This document shows, piece after piece, positions 25,593-32,391 of a DNA stretch of 39,586 nt. The stretch spans positions 1-39,586 of IMG/VR virus record IMGVR_UViG_3300037483_000555. One strand, 5' to 3'. The DNA is from a virus. Numbering within the stretch: position 1 is the first letter of the stretch; the number at the start of each line of letters is the position of its first letter. The translations under genes and the position numbers were made by a program. A model generated the notes under the pieces. It was not told where the DNA came from. It did not search any database and saw only the letters and a list, made by a program, of their open reading frames with translations.

Positions 25593-25921
25593 CGCTCCCC
25601 TCGGAGCTCGTGCGCCTCGTCGCGCAGCCGGTCCCGCTCGTCATCCGCGTGAGCTGCTGCTGCGTCCTCTTCGGCCTCCCCTGCCTGCTCGATCGCCGCG
25701 TCGCGGATGGACGCCAACTCCGCGCGGGTGAGCTCGTCGGTGACACGCAGGATCGAGCCGCTCGCCGAGCGGATCTCCACGACCTCCGCGCTCGGCGGGC
25801 AACCGGGGCTCCATCCGCCGGGGCCGCCGATGCTGCGGTTGTAGTGGTCGGGGCTGCCCGGCTCGATCTCCACGTCGATCTCCACGTCCAGTTCAATGGT
25901 GCGCATGACCGTGACCAGCAT
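25589..25921 (-). CDS. Hypothetical acidic protein
   Basis: 110 aa. GAGGAGGAG lies 4 nt before the ATG. Confidence 0.45.
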   Translation of the reverse strand: MLVTVMRTIELDVEIDVEIEPGSPDHYNRSIGGPGGWSPGCPPSAEVVEIRSASGSILRVTDELTRAELASIRDAAIEQAGEAEEDAAAAHADDERDRLRDEAHELRGER

Positions 25922-26090
25922 GTGTCTCCTCCTCCACCTTCGCGACCAGGTCCTCTCCCTCGTACCCGCAGACGTGCGCCGCCATCACCGCCTCTGAGCT
26001 CGTTTGGCGACGCGTGCTGAATGACCAGCGGCTCCCGTCCGAGCCCTTGCCCTCGAGATGCCACAGGGGCCCGCGCTCGGAGCGCGTCAC
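25893..26090 (-). CDS. Hypothetical small protein with a His-rich C-terminus
   Basis: 65 aa from GTG 26090 (GTGA overlap). Ends ...ETHAGHGHAHH. It is the in-frame 3' part of track ORF 25893..26345. Confidence 0.3.
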   Translation of the reverse strand: MTRSERGPLWHLEGKGSDGSRWSFSTRRQTSSEAVMAAHVCGYEGEDLVAKVEEETHAGHGHAHH

Positions 26091-26194
26091 GGCCGCCCCC
26101 TGCGCACCGTCACGTGCTCTGGCTCTCCGAGGGTGGCGATCGGGGCGAGGAGCGCAAGCAACGACGCGGCGGCGGCGAGGAGGGCGACGATCAT
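26087..26194 (-). CDS. Small hydrophobic peptide (single TM)
   Basis: 35 aa, MIVALLAAAASLLALLAPIATLGE... GGGAGG lies before the ATG and there is an ATGA overlap. Below the track length cutoff. Confidence 0.3.
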   Translation of the reverse strand: MIVALLAAAASLLALLAPIATLGEPEHVTVRRGRP

Positions 26195-26508
26195 GGCGCC
26201 CTCCCGGTTGCCTTCGCGATCGCGGCGTGGGCGGCGCAGGTGATGCACCCCTCAACACCGTCGCAGTCGCACGGGTCAGGGACCACCGCTCGCAGCGCCT
26301 CGAGCATCTCAGGCGCGGCGGCGAACAGGGCCGCGATGCCCTCATAGCCGGGACGCCGATGGACAGTCGCGATGATGGTTGTGTCGTCGCGAGCCAGGAT
26401 ACTCACCGGCTCCAAGCCGCCCAGCATCTTGCTCGCCGAGTACGGCGGCCGGGCGTCCGGCGTGAAGGTCTCCACCTCCAGAAAGCGTGGCTTCGCCTTG
26501 TCGCTCAC
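26191..26508 (-). CDS. Hypothetical protein with a C-terminal Cys cluster
   Basis: 105 aa, GTG start with GTGA overlap. Contains CDCDGVEGCITC. Confidence 0.45.
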   Translation of the reverse strand: MSDKAKPRFLEVETFTPDARPPYSASKMLGGLEPVSILARDDTTIIATVHRRPGYEGIAALFAAAPEMLEALRAVVPDPCDCDGVEGCITCAAHAAIAKATGRAP

Positions 26509-26669
26509 GGCGACACCGTCTCTCTCCGCTCCGCCAGCGTGACCACGTAGCCGAGCGACCGCAGCGCGGAGAGGACCGCCCCCCGCGTGCCCCTCCAGTA
26601 CAGCGGCCCGGTCCTCAGGTCGATGCGGAAGTGGCCTGGGCGGATCTCGGTGATGACTGCGGTTTTCAT
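26505..26669 (-). CDS. Hypothetical small protein
   Basis: 54 aa, MKTAVITEIRPGHFRIDLRTGPLYW... ATGA overlap upstream and GTGA downstream. Not in the track. Confidence 0.35.
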   Translation of the reverse strand: MKTAVITEIRPGHFRIDLRTGPLYWRGTRGAVLSALRSLGYVVTLAERRETVSP

Positions 26670-27202
26670 GGCGCCGCCTCGACCTTCACCGGCTCGGCCT
26701 TCGGTTCCGGGCGCCGCATCGTGAAGCAGACCGGCATCAGGTAGCCTTCGCCCTCGGACTCCTCCACGCGCACTCGGATCGGGTCGATGGTCGCCTGCCC
26801 CGCATCGACACGGAACGTCAGGATCACCTGGGGCTTATTCGGCTCCGCGCCGAGCGCCTTGGCGATGGCGAGCAGGAACCGCGCATCGAGGCTCACAGAG
26901 GCGGTCCCTTCGGCGCCCTCCTCCGGCGCGTCCTTCACGGCCGGTCGCCAGTCAGGGAACTTGGCCTTGCCCCAGCGCTCGAGCTCGGATTCCCCGTCGC
27001 GCGCCAGAGTGAGCTGACCCCGGCTCTTGAAGCCGGACTCTTCGCCCTCCTTCTCCGGTTCGGCGGGAATCGCCACGAGCATCCGGCCATCGGTGGCGAT
27101 GACCTTCCGCTCGCCCGCGTCGAAGTAGGGTTCCGACAGGTTGTACCGGGTGTCGTCCGTGGAGACGCACAGCTCCGGTCTGTAGCGTTTGTCCATCTTC
27201 AT
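26666..27202 (-). CDS. DnaN (beta sliding clamp)-like protein, about half normal length
   Basis: 178 aa. VIATDGRMLVAIP, AKFPDWRPAV and the terminal EGYLMPVCF parallel E. coli DnaN ATDGHRLAV, GRFPDYRRVLP and AAYVVMPMRL, in the same order. Confidence 0.45.
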   Translation of the reverse strand: MKMDKRYRPELCVSTDDTRYNLSEPYFDAGERKVIATDGRMLVAIPAEPEKEGEESGFKSRGQLTLARDGESELERWGKAKFPDWRPAVKDAPEEGAEGTASVSLDARFLLAIAKALGAEPNKPQVILTFRVDAGQATIDPIRVRVEESEGEGYLMPVCFTMRRPEPKAEPVKVEAAP

Positions 27203-27235
27203 GGTGCGTCTCCCCTGTCCTGCGCTGTCCGTCCG

Positions 27236-27541
27236 CTACGACCGCGACCACGACCCCGACCGCGACCACGACCGCGACCACGACCGCGACCACGACCGCG
27301 ACCACGACCGCGACCACGACCGCGACCACGACCACGACCACGACCGCGACCGCGACCCCGACCCCGACCGCGACAGCGACCGCGACCGCGACCCCGACCG
27401 CGACCCCGACCCCGACCGCGACCCCGACCCCGACCGCGACCACGACCACGACCGCGACCCCGACCCCGACCGCGACCCCGACCCCGACCGCGACCACGAC
27501 AGCTCGTAGCCGAGGCGGAGCACCGCTGCGCTCGCGGCCAT
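27236..27541 (-). CDS. Candidate low-complexity Ser/Arg/Gly/Trp repeat protein (frame uncertain)
   Basis: The ATG lies 1 nt after the upstream stop, and the ORF ends 33 nt before the next start. GC3 is 100 percent. A competing (GR)n frame ending at 27199 cannot be excluded. Confidence 0.3.
   Translation of the reverse strand: MAASAAVLRLGYELSWSRSGSGSRSGSGSRSWSWSRSGSGSRSGSGSRSGSRSRSLSRSGSGSRSRSWSWSWSRSWSRSWSRSWSRSWSRSWSRSGSWSRS
27240..27503. repeat. 44 tandem hexamers GACCNC (N = G, A or C; two units are GACAGC)
   Basis: Read directly. Units are in register from 27240 to 27503. There is a (GACCGC GACCAC)n block and (GACCCC GACCCC GACCGC)n blocks. Confidence 0.95.
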
Positions 27542-27542
27542 C

Positions 27543-27836
27543 TCAGATCACCAGGCGCGGGAGGCTGTGCGGCCACGGCGCGACATCGACGACAGCGCCA
27601 ATCGCCACCAGGCACGAGCCCGGGTAGGGCTCCACCTCGGAGAGCTTGCCGGTCCTGAGCGCCTCGGCGAAACGGCCGGTGTCAGCCACCCACGCGGCGT
27701 CCTCGAGCGCGATCCACCGCTCCGACTCGCCCGCAACGCGGCCCGTGAAGTAGTGGGTGACGGTGCGGATGATGACGTTCTCGCCGACCGGGATACCTGT
27801 GAAGCCATTCGCCTTCGCCGTCCTCTTCGCCGCCAT
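27543..27836 (-). CDS. Hypothetical protein, first gene of the early-left operon
   Basis: 97 aa from ATG 27836, preceded by AGGGGAGG. The track start at 27989 lies in low-GC3 leader sequence. Confidence 0.5.
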   Translation of the reverse strand: MAAKRTAKANGFTGIPVGENVIIRTVTHYFTGRVAGESERWIALEDAAWVADTGRFAEALRTGKLSEVEPYPGSCLVAIGAVVDVAPWPHSLPRLVI

Positions 27837-27973
27837 GCGTCCTCCCCTTGAGTTGCGTTCGCCTGCGCTGTCCGTCTCCTGCTCATCCCGCCGCGGCGCG
27901 GGCCTTCCCGGTTGTGGGATCGGGTTGGTTGGGCCCGGTCCGCCCCGCTGCTTGATGAGCGATGCATCCAACG

Positions 27974-28014
27974 TTGGGGAGCCTACCAAGCTTTCCGTTT
28001 GGGCGCAAGCCCAA
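27974..28014 (-). promoter_or_regulatory. PL-like promoter with two TTGG-N8-CCAA operator boxes
   Basis: On the minus strand, TTGCGC (28008-28003), 17 nt, then TAGGCT (27985-27980). Boxes at 27974-27989 and 27999-28014. Near-identical copy at 28700-28740. Confidence 0.45.
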
Positions 28015-28067
28015 CAACACGCACCCGCAAAAGGGGCGTGATGTAGAGGTGTTGGTAGATGGGGGGC

Positions 28068-28265
28068 CTACTCGGGAGGCAGGGACCGAGCGAGCGCCGC
28101 TAGCTCTGGTCTCAGCTCGTCAACCACGTCCAGCAGCGACCGTAGCGCGTCTTCGCGCTCTCCGCCGCGCGCCATGAGCTCGGCGAGCTGCGCGACGTGG
28201 GACAGACGCGATGCGTGGGCGATGACGGCGGTGGGGGACTGCTCGGTTTCGGCGGCGGCATCCAT
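28068..28265 (-). CDS. Hypothetical small helical protein in the immunity region
   Basis: 65 aa from the internal ATG. Codons upstream of it are AT3-rich (CTA, CTT, TCT). No clear SD. Confidence 0.35.
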   Translation of the reverse strand: MDAAAETEQSPTAVIAHASRLSHVAQLAELMARGGEREDALRSLLDVVDELRPELAALARSLPPE

Positions 28266-28366
28266 AAGGGGCGACCTCGCGAGAGAAAGGTCTAGCCCTG
28301 CGACAATGAGTCGCGCAAGCCGCACCCACAGACGAAAAGGGGTGCGAAAACGGCTGCTGCCGTGGC

Positions 28367-28654
28367 TCAGTGCGCCATACGGCCAGCCGCCGTGTCCCGG
28401 ATGGCGGCCAGGACGGCCGCCTCACGGCGCGAGACGAAGGGCCACCCGGGACCTACATCCGCTTCGCGCGCGATCTGCCCGATCTGCTCGATGGTGAAAC
28501 GCTCGTTTCGGTAGCCGATGAGCTTGTGTCGGAAGTCTGGGGCCTCCATCCCCAGGGCAGCGGCCAGCCGCTTGGACGTCCCTCGCCCCTTCGCCGCTAT
28601 AAAGGACTGCACCTCGCGCATCACCGTTTCGTAGCTGATGGCTTCCCGGCTCAT
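28367..28654 (-). CDS. cI-position gene (putative repressor or lysogeny regulator)
   Basis: 95 aa from ATG 28654. GC3 collapses upstream of this ATG. It is divergent from the Cro-like gene, with the operator region between them. HTH-like segment GTSKRLAAALGMEAPDFRHKLIG. Confidence 0.4.
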   Translation of the reverse strand: MSREAISYETVMREVQSFIAAKGRGTSKRLAAALGMEAPDFRHKLIGYRNERFTIEQIGQIAREADVGPGWPFVSRREAAVLAAIRDTAAGRMAH

Positions 28655-28699
28655 GTCTGGAACGCTAGCCGAATCCACGGGTTGCGCTAGATCTGTTAG

Positions 28700-28740
28700 T
28701 TGGTCTTGCACCCAAACGCGCTCCTTGGTAGGCTTACCAA
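28700..28740 (+). promoter_or_regulatory. PR-like promoter with two TTGG-N8-CCAA operator boxes
   Basis: TTGCAC (28706-28711), 17 nt, then TAGGCT (28729-28734). Boxes at 28700-28715 and 28725-28740. The ATG of the XRE gene lies 9 nt after the -10 element. Confidence 0.45.
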
Positions 28741-28742
28741 CC

Positions 28743-28985
28743 ATGGTGCGACCGCTCCCTGCTCCGCTGGCTGTCACGTTCGGGAGGGCGGTGCGCCGAC
28801 TCCGCGATCGCCGAGGCATCTCCCAGACGGACTTGGCGAGGGCCGCCAAGATGGATGCTGGCGACCTCTCGCGACTCGAGCGTGGACTGGTGGGCGAACG
28901 CGGTCCCGGTCTCGGCCTCGTGGAGCGCCTCGCCAAGGCGCTGGACGTCCCCGCCTCCCGTCTCCTCTCCTCGTCTCGACCCTGA
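28743..28985 (+). CDS. XRE-family HTH regulator, Cro-like by position
   Basis: 80 aa from the internal ATG. FGRAVRRLRDRRGISQTDLARAAKMDAGDLSRLERG is a canonical XRE HTH. First gene of the rightward operon. Confidence 0.7.
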   Translation: MVRPLPAPLAVTFGRAVRRLRDRRGISQTDLARAAKMDAGDLSRLERGLVGERGPGLGLVERLAKALDVPASRLLSSSRP

Positions 28986-28992
28986 GTTCACC

Positions 28993-29472
28993 ATGCGATC
29001 TCCTTCGCACCTCGAATCGTGCGCCCAGGGCCACCGTCAAGAGGAGTCATTCGCGTTGCCGACGTCCGACGCTGGCTCCCTTCCGGAGCAGCCAGAGCTG
29101 GGATTCGACTTCAAATCTCAAGTGGATGGCGCAGCGGCGGTGCTCCTCGACAAGATCACGAGGGCGATCGACGCGAGCGGCAAGCGGGGGGACGGGTTCG
29201 CGGCGGACCTCGACCTCGACCCGGCGCAGCTCTCTCGCGCGCTGCGGTCCCGGGGCGCTCACTTCTCCGTCCGTTGGATGCCGGCGGTGATCTGGCGGGA
29301 CCGGGACCACGCGGTGATCCGCTTCCTCGCGGCCATGGCGGGCGGCGAGTTCGTCCCGAAGCCGAAGCGGTCCCGCGAGGACGAGAACGAGGCGCTTCGC
29401 CGGTACGTCGAGGAGCACATGGGGGAGCACGGTCTGGACGTCATCAAGCATGCGCTTGGGGGCGAGTCGTGA
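28993..29472 (+). CDS. Hypothetical early protein
   Basis: 159 aa from the internal ATG at 28993. High GC3. Confidence 0.45.
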   Translation: MRSPSHLESCAQGHRQEESFALPTSDAGSLPEQPELGFDFKSQVDGAAAVLLDKITRAIDASGKRGDGFAADLDLDPAQLSRALRSRGAHFSVRWMPAVIWRDRDHAVIRFLAAMAGGEFVPKPKRSREDENEALRRYVEEHMGEHGLDVIKHALGGES

Positions 29473-29651
29473 GCGAGACCGCCCCGGTCCAACTCCGCCG
29501 TCGCTCGCGCGAGGAGCGCATCGCCTACTTCCAGGGCCGCGTTGATGCCGTCGCGGCGAGCATTGCGGGCCTCGCGGCCGAGCTCAAGCGCCGCCGGATG
29601 ATGCTCCGGCTCCTGCGCAAAGGGCTAGCCGTTACGCGGAGGATGCCGTGA
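29469..29651 (+). CDS. Hypothetical small coiled-coil protein
   Basis: 60 aa, GTG start with GTGA overlap. It is the 3' in-frame part of track ORF 29019..29651. Confidence 0.4.
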   Translation: MSETAPVQLRRRSREERIAYFQGRVDAVAASIAGLAAELKRRRMMLRLLRKGLAVTRRMP

Positions 29652-29783
29652 CCGAGACCGCCCCGCTCAGCGCGCCTCTCTACGATTGGTGCGCGGCGTG
29701 CCAAACGTCCTACGCCGACCTCTTCACCCACAAGTGCAGCAGGAAGCATAGGGCCAACGCAGCAACCACGAGAGGAGAGACGG

Positions 29784-30068
29784 ATGGCGATGATCGGACA
29801 GGGGTTCAACGCGGTCCCGGCCCAGGACTACCCGGCGCCGTGCAAGCCGTCGCCACCGCACGAGAGCGCGGCGCAGGCGTGGACCTCCTCGCGGAATCGG
29901 CTCGATCGGGCGATCGAGGCGTTGAACATCGCGAACGCGGAACTCGAGGAGGCGAGGAAGCTGGAACAGCACAACTGGGGGGCGCTGGAGGATACCGCGG
30001 GCCGCTCCCAAACGAAGGCGCAGGCCGGGACGATGCTGCCGCCGGGCGGGGTTCGGTTCGGCCCGTAG
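29784..30068 (+). CDS. Hypothetical coiled-coil protein
   Basis: 94 aa. AGAGGAGAGACGG lies before the ATG. GC3 is much higher than in the overlapping 29648 frame. Confidence 0.5.
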   Translation: MAMIGQGFNAVPAQDYPAPCKPSPPHESAAQAWTSSRNRLDRAIEALNIANAELEEARKLEQHNWGALEDTAGRSQTKAQAGTMLPPGGVRFGP

Positions 30069-30094
30069 TCACCACGAAAGGAGGCGCTGATGAG

Positions 30095-30880
30095 TTGGTA
30101 CTAGACCACGACACGATCGAGGAAACGAAGGGCGCGGCGGCCGGGCTGGTCGAGTCGGCCGCCGCGCAGCAAGGGGCGCGGCTCGGCATCGCGCCGATCG
30201 ACGGCGACGTGACCGACCTTGCCGTAGAACGGATCTGCGCCGCGCTCTCGAGGTGCATCAACGTCGACGAGCTGCGCGACATCGTCGACAAGGCCATCGC
30301 GATCCGCGGCTACCACCGGCAGCGCGGCGCGTCGCTGCGCATCCAGAACCAGGCCGCGGAGATCCGGATCCAGGCCGAGCGCCGCATCGGCGAGCTGCTC
30401 CGCAACGACCCCGAGATCCGGCCTGGGCGGAAAGGTACTTCCGGAGGGACCATTCCCCGGACCCTCAAGTCCCTCAAGATCAGCAAGAACCAGTCGTCCA
30501 TGTGGCAGCGCCTGGCCGTGCTCGACCTTGAGACGGTCAAGGCCCGCATCGCGCTTGCCACCGACAATGGTCTCGAGGCGACCACCTATCGCGTGCTCAA
30601 CGAGGCCAAGGTGGTCGCGAAGGCGGCCGAGTTGGCGAAGAGGGACGAGGCTGCGGCGCCAACGCCCGCGCCGCGCTCCGCCGACGCGAGCGAAGAGGCC
30701 CTCCGCGAGATGGCGCGCGCCGCCTTCGAGGGCCCTCGCCACGCATTCACCGACGAGCTCCCGGATGACGCAACCACGGCGTTCCTCCGCGCCGAGGCGG
30801 TTCGGTTCATCGCCGACCTCGACACCTTCGAGGCCTCGCGGCTCAAGCGCATCGCACTCGAGCAGCCGTCCACCCCTTAG
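30095..30880 (+). CDS. DNA-binding protein with a ParB-associated-type HTH (putative)
   Basis: 3' part of track ORF 29648..30880. Tentative TTG start 10 nt after AAAGGAGG. ...AEIRIQAERRIGELL...TLKSLKISKNQSSMWQRLA... resembles HTH modules often fused to ParB or methylase proteins. Confidence 0.35.
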   Translation: MVLDHDTIEETKGAAAGLVESAAAQQGARLGIAPIDGDVTDLAVERICAALSRCINVDELRDIVDKAIAIRGYHRQRGASLRIQNQAAEIRIQAERRIGELLRNDPEIRPGRKGTSGGTIPRTLKSLKISKNQSSMWQRLAVLDLETVKARIALATDNGLEATTYRVLNEAKVVAKAAELAKRDEAAAPTPAPRSADASEEALREMARAAFEGPRHAFTDELPDDATTAFLRAEAVRFIADLDTFEASRLKRIALEQPSTP

Positions 30881-30897
30881 CCACCCCGAGAGGCCCG

Positions 30898-31143
30898 ATG
30901 CCGTCCATTTGTCCATCCCGCCCCCTCTCCAGCGCGCAGCTCCTCGAGCTCGCGTCGCTCGTCTCCTTCACCGGCGCCAGCTACCGGGCGATCGCACTGA
31001 CCATGGGGCTAAGAAGCCACGAGTGTGTGTGCTGGATCTGCGGGGGCGTCCAACCCCTCGGCTGTAGCGGCGTGTGCCGCGGGGGGCCTTCTATCGAGGA
31101 GCGCGGCGCCGAGCGCGCGAGGATCAGGGGGAGCGTCCGGTGA
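30898..31143 (+). CDS. Hypothetical small HTH-like, Cys-rich protein
   Basis: 81 aa, high GC3, GTGA overlap with the methyltransferase start. Confidence 0.4.
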   Translation: MPSICPSRPLSSAQLLELASLVSFTGASYRAIALTMGLRSHECVCWICGGVQPLGCSGVCRGGPSIEERGAERARIRGSVR

Positions 31144-31910
31144 GCGACCACGTGGTTCACCTCGGAGACTGCCTCGACCCCGTGACTGGGCTCGCGTCGC
31201 TGCCGGACAAGAGCGTGGACCACTGCCTGACCGACCCGCCATACGAGGCCGAGGCGCACACGCTGCAGCGGCGGGTGAAGCGATCCACGGGAACACAGGA
31301 TGGTGGGGCGTTTTTCAACCATGATGATCGTGTGGTCAAGCTGGACGCCCTCTCGTTCGAGCCCCTCTCGTTCGAGGTCCGCGTTGAGGCGGCGCGCCAG
31401 ATCGCCCGCGTGACGCGGCGCTGGTGTGTCGCCTTCTGCCAGGTTGAGGCGGCGATGGCGTGGCGTGAGGCGCTGGTGTCGGCCGGGATGAGCTACCGGC
31501 GGACGGGTGTGTGGGTGAAGCCGGACGGCATGCCCCAGTACAGCGGTGATCGACCGGGGATGGGGTACGAGTCGCTGGTCATCTGCCACGCCCCGGGCCG
31601 CTCTTCTTGGAATGGGGGTGGGCGCCCGGGGGTGTGGGTGTTCAACAAGATGGGCCCCGAGGATCGGAAGCGCACCGGACACGAGACCCAAAAGCCTATT
31701 GCGTTAATGGAGGCGCTAGTACGTGACTTCACGGACGAGGGCGACACAATACTCGACCCCTTCGCCGGCAGCGGCACAACCATGATGGCGGCGAAACGCC
31801 TGGGGCGCAAGGCGATCGGCTGGGAGCGCGACCCCAGGTATCACGCAATCGCGGCCAAACGGATTACTACAGCGCGCGAACAATACGGACTTTGGGTGGG
31901 TGGCGCATGA
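31140..31910 (+). CDS. DNA methyltransferase (N6-adenine/N4-cytosine family, beta-type motif order)
   Basis: 256 aa from GTG 31140. Catalytic LTDPPYEAE comes first and SAM-binding ILDPFAGSGTTMMAAKRLGRKAIGWE comes near the C-terminus. Confidence 0.8.
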   Translation: MSDHVVHLGDCLDPVTGLASLPDKSVDHCLTDPPYEAEAHTLQRRVKRSTGTQDGGAFFNHDDRVVKLDALSFEPLSFEVRVEAARQIARVTRRWCVAFCQVEAAMAWREALVSAGMSYRRTGVWVKPDGMPQYSGDRPGMGYESLVICHAPGRSSWNGGGRPGVWVFNKMGPEDRKRTGHETQKPIALMEALVRDFTDEGDTILDPFAGSGTTMMAAKRLGRKAIGWERDPRYHAIAAKRITTAREQYGLWVGGA

Positions 31911-32104
31911 AGCCCTTTTGGCCCAACCCGGTCTCCGGGAGCAACGTGAGCACAGCCAAGAACCACGCGGACGCGATCTGGCTCTGCGCTGCGGCCAGCG
32001 AGGCGGCGAAGGACAAGCGCTATGTGGACGCGCTGCGGATCGTGGGCGATGCGGCGCAGCTTCTTGGCCAACTCATCGTCGCCGACACGAAGGGTGCCCG
32101 GTGA
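31907..32104 (+). CDS. Hypothetical small protein
   Basis: 65 aa. ATGA overlap with the methyltransferase stop. Confidence 0.4.
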   Translation: MKPFWPNPVSGSNVSTAKNHADAIWLCAAASEAAKDKRYVDALRIVGDAAQLLGQLIVADTKGAR

Positions 32105-32391
32105 CGAAGGCGTCCTTCGCTCGCGCCGTGGCTGAGCGCCTCGGCCTCAACGAGGAGGCCATGCGCGAGGACCTCGGCATCAAGCGGCCGGTGCTGGCGC
32201 CGCTCGAGCCGGACGCGTTCATGCGATGGGCCTGGACCCGCGGGAAGGGAACTTCCCCGCAGACCCTGGGGGACCTCGCCTTCTCGCTGGGTGTGGACCC
32301 CAGTGTGATTCGGCGCGACTGGGTCCGGCTCGCGGCGCGCGTGCGGCGGAATCAGCGGCTCAACCTCGACCCATGGATGGGGATCGGCTGA
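32101..32391 (+). CDS. Hypothetical protein
   Basis: 96 aa, GTG start with GTGA overlap. Confidence 0.4.
   Translation: MTKASFARAVAERLGLNEEAMREDLGIKRPVLAPLEPDAFMRWAWTRGKGTSPQTLGDLAFSLGVDPSVIRRDWVRLAARVRRNQRLNLDPWMGIG

Noticed and set aside
22663-25652. 508-aa and 517-aa plus-strand ORFs (22663..24189 and 24099..25652)
   Set aside because: They are antisense to the HNH, annealase and Cas4-like genes. Their sequences are low-complexity and Arg/Gly/Leu-rich, with no motifs.
27240-27503. Possible CRISPR array or simple assembly stutter
   Set aside because: The period is only 6 nt and there are no spacers, so it is not a CRISPR array. The ordered 12-mer and 18-mer sub-blocks and clean flanks argue against random stutter. 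Read-level confirmation is still needed.
26952-27509. VAVGV-repeat ORF (26952..27497, minus) and DRDHDP-repeat ORF (27189..27509, plus)
   Set aside because: Both are open only because of the hexamer array. The first overlaps most of the clamp-like gene out of frame. The second is antisense to the operon and has no plausible start context.
28655-28744. Longer start (ATG 28744) for the cI-position gene, sharing a CCATGG with the Cro-like ATG
   Set aside because: GC3 in this stretch is low (about 13 of 30 codons end in G or C). It also coincides with the promoter/operator unit. ATG 28654 is preferred.
29019-29468. 5' part of the 210-aa plus-strand ORF 29019..29651
   Set aside because: It overlaps the better-supported gene 28993..29472 out of frame. 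Only the portion from GTG 29469 (GTGA coupling) is kept.
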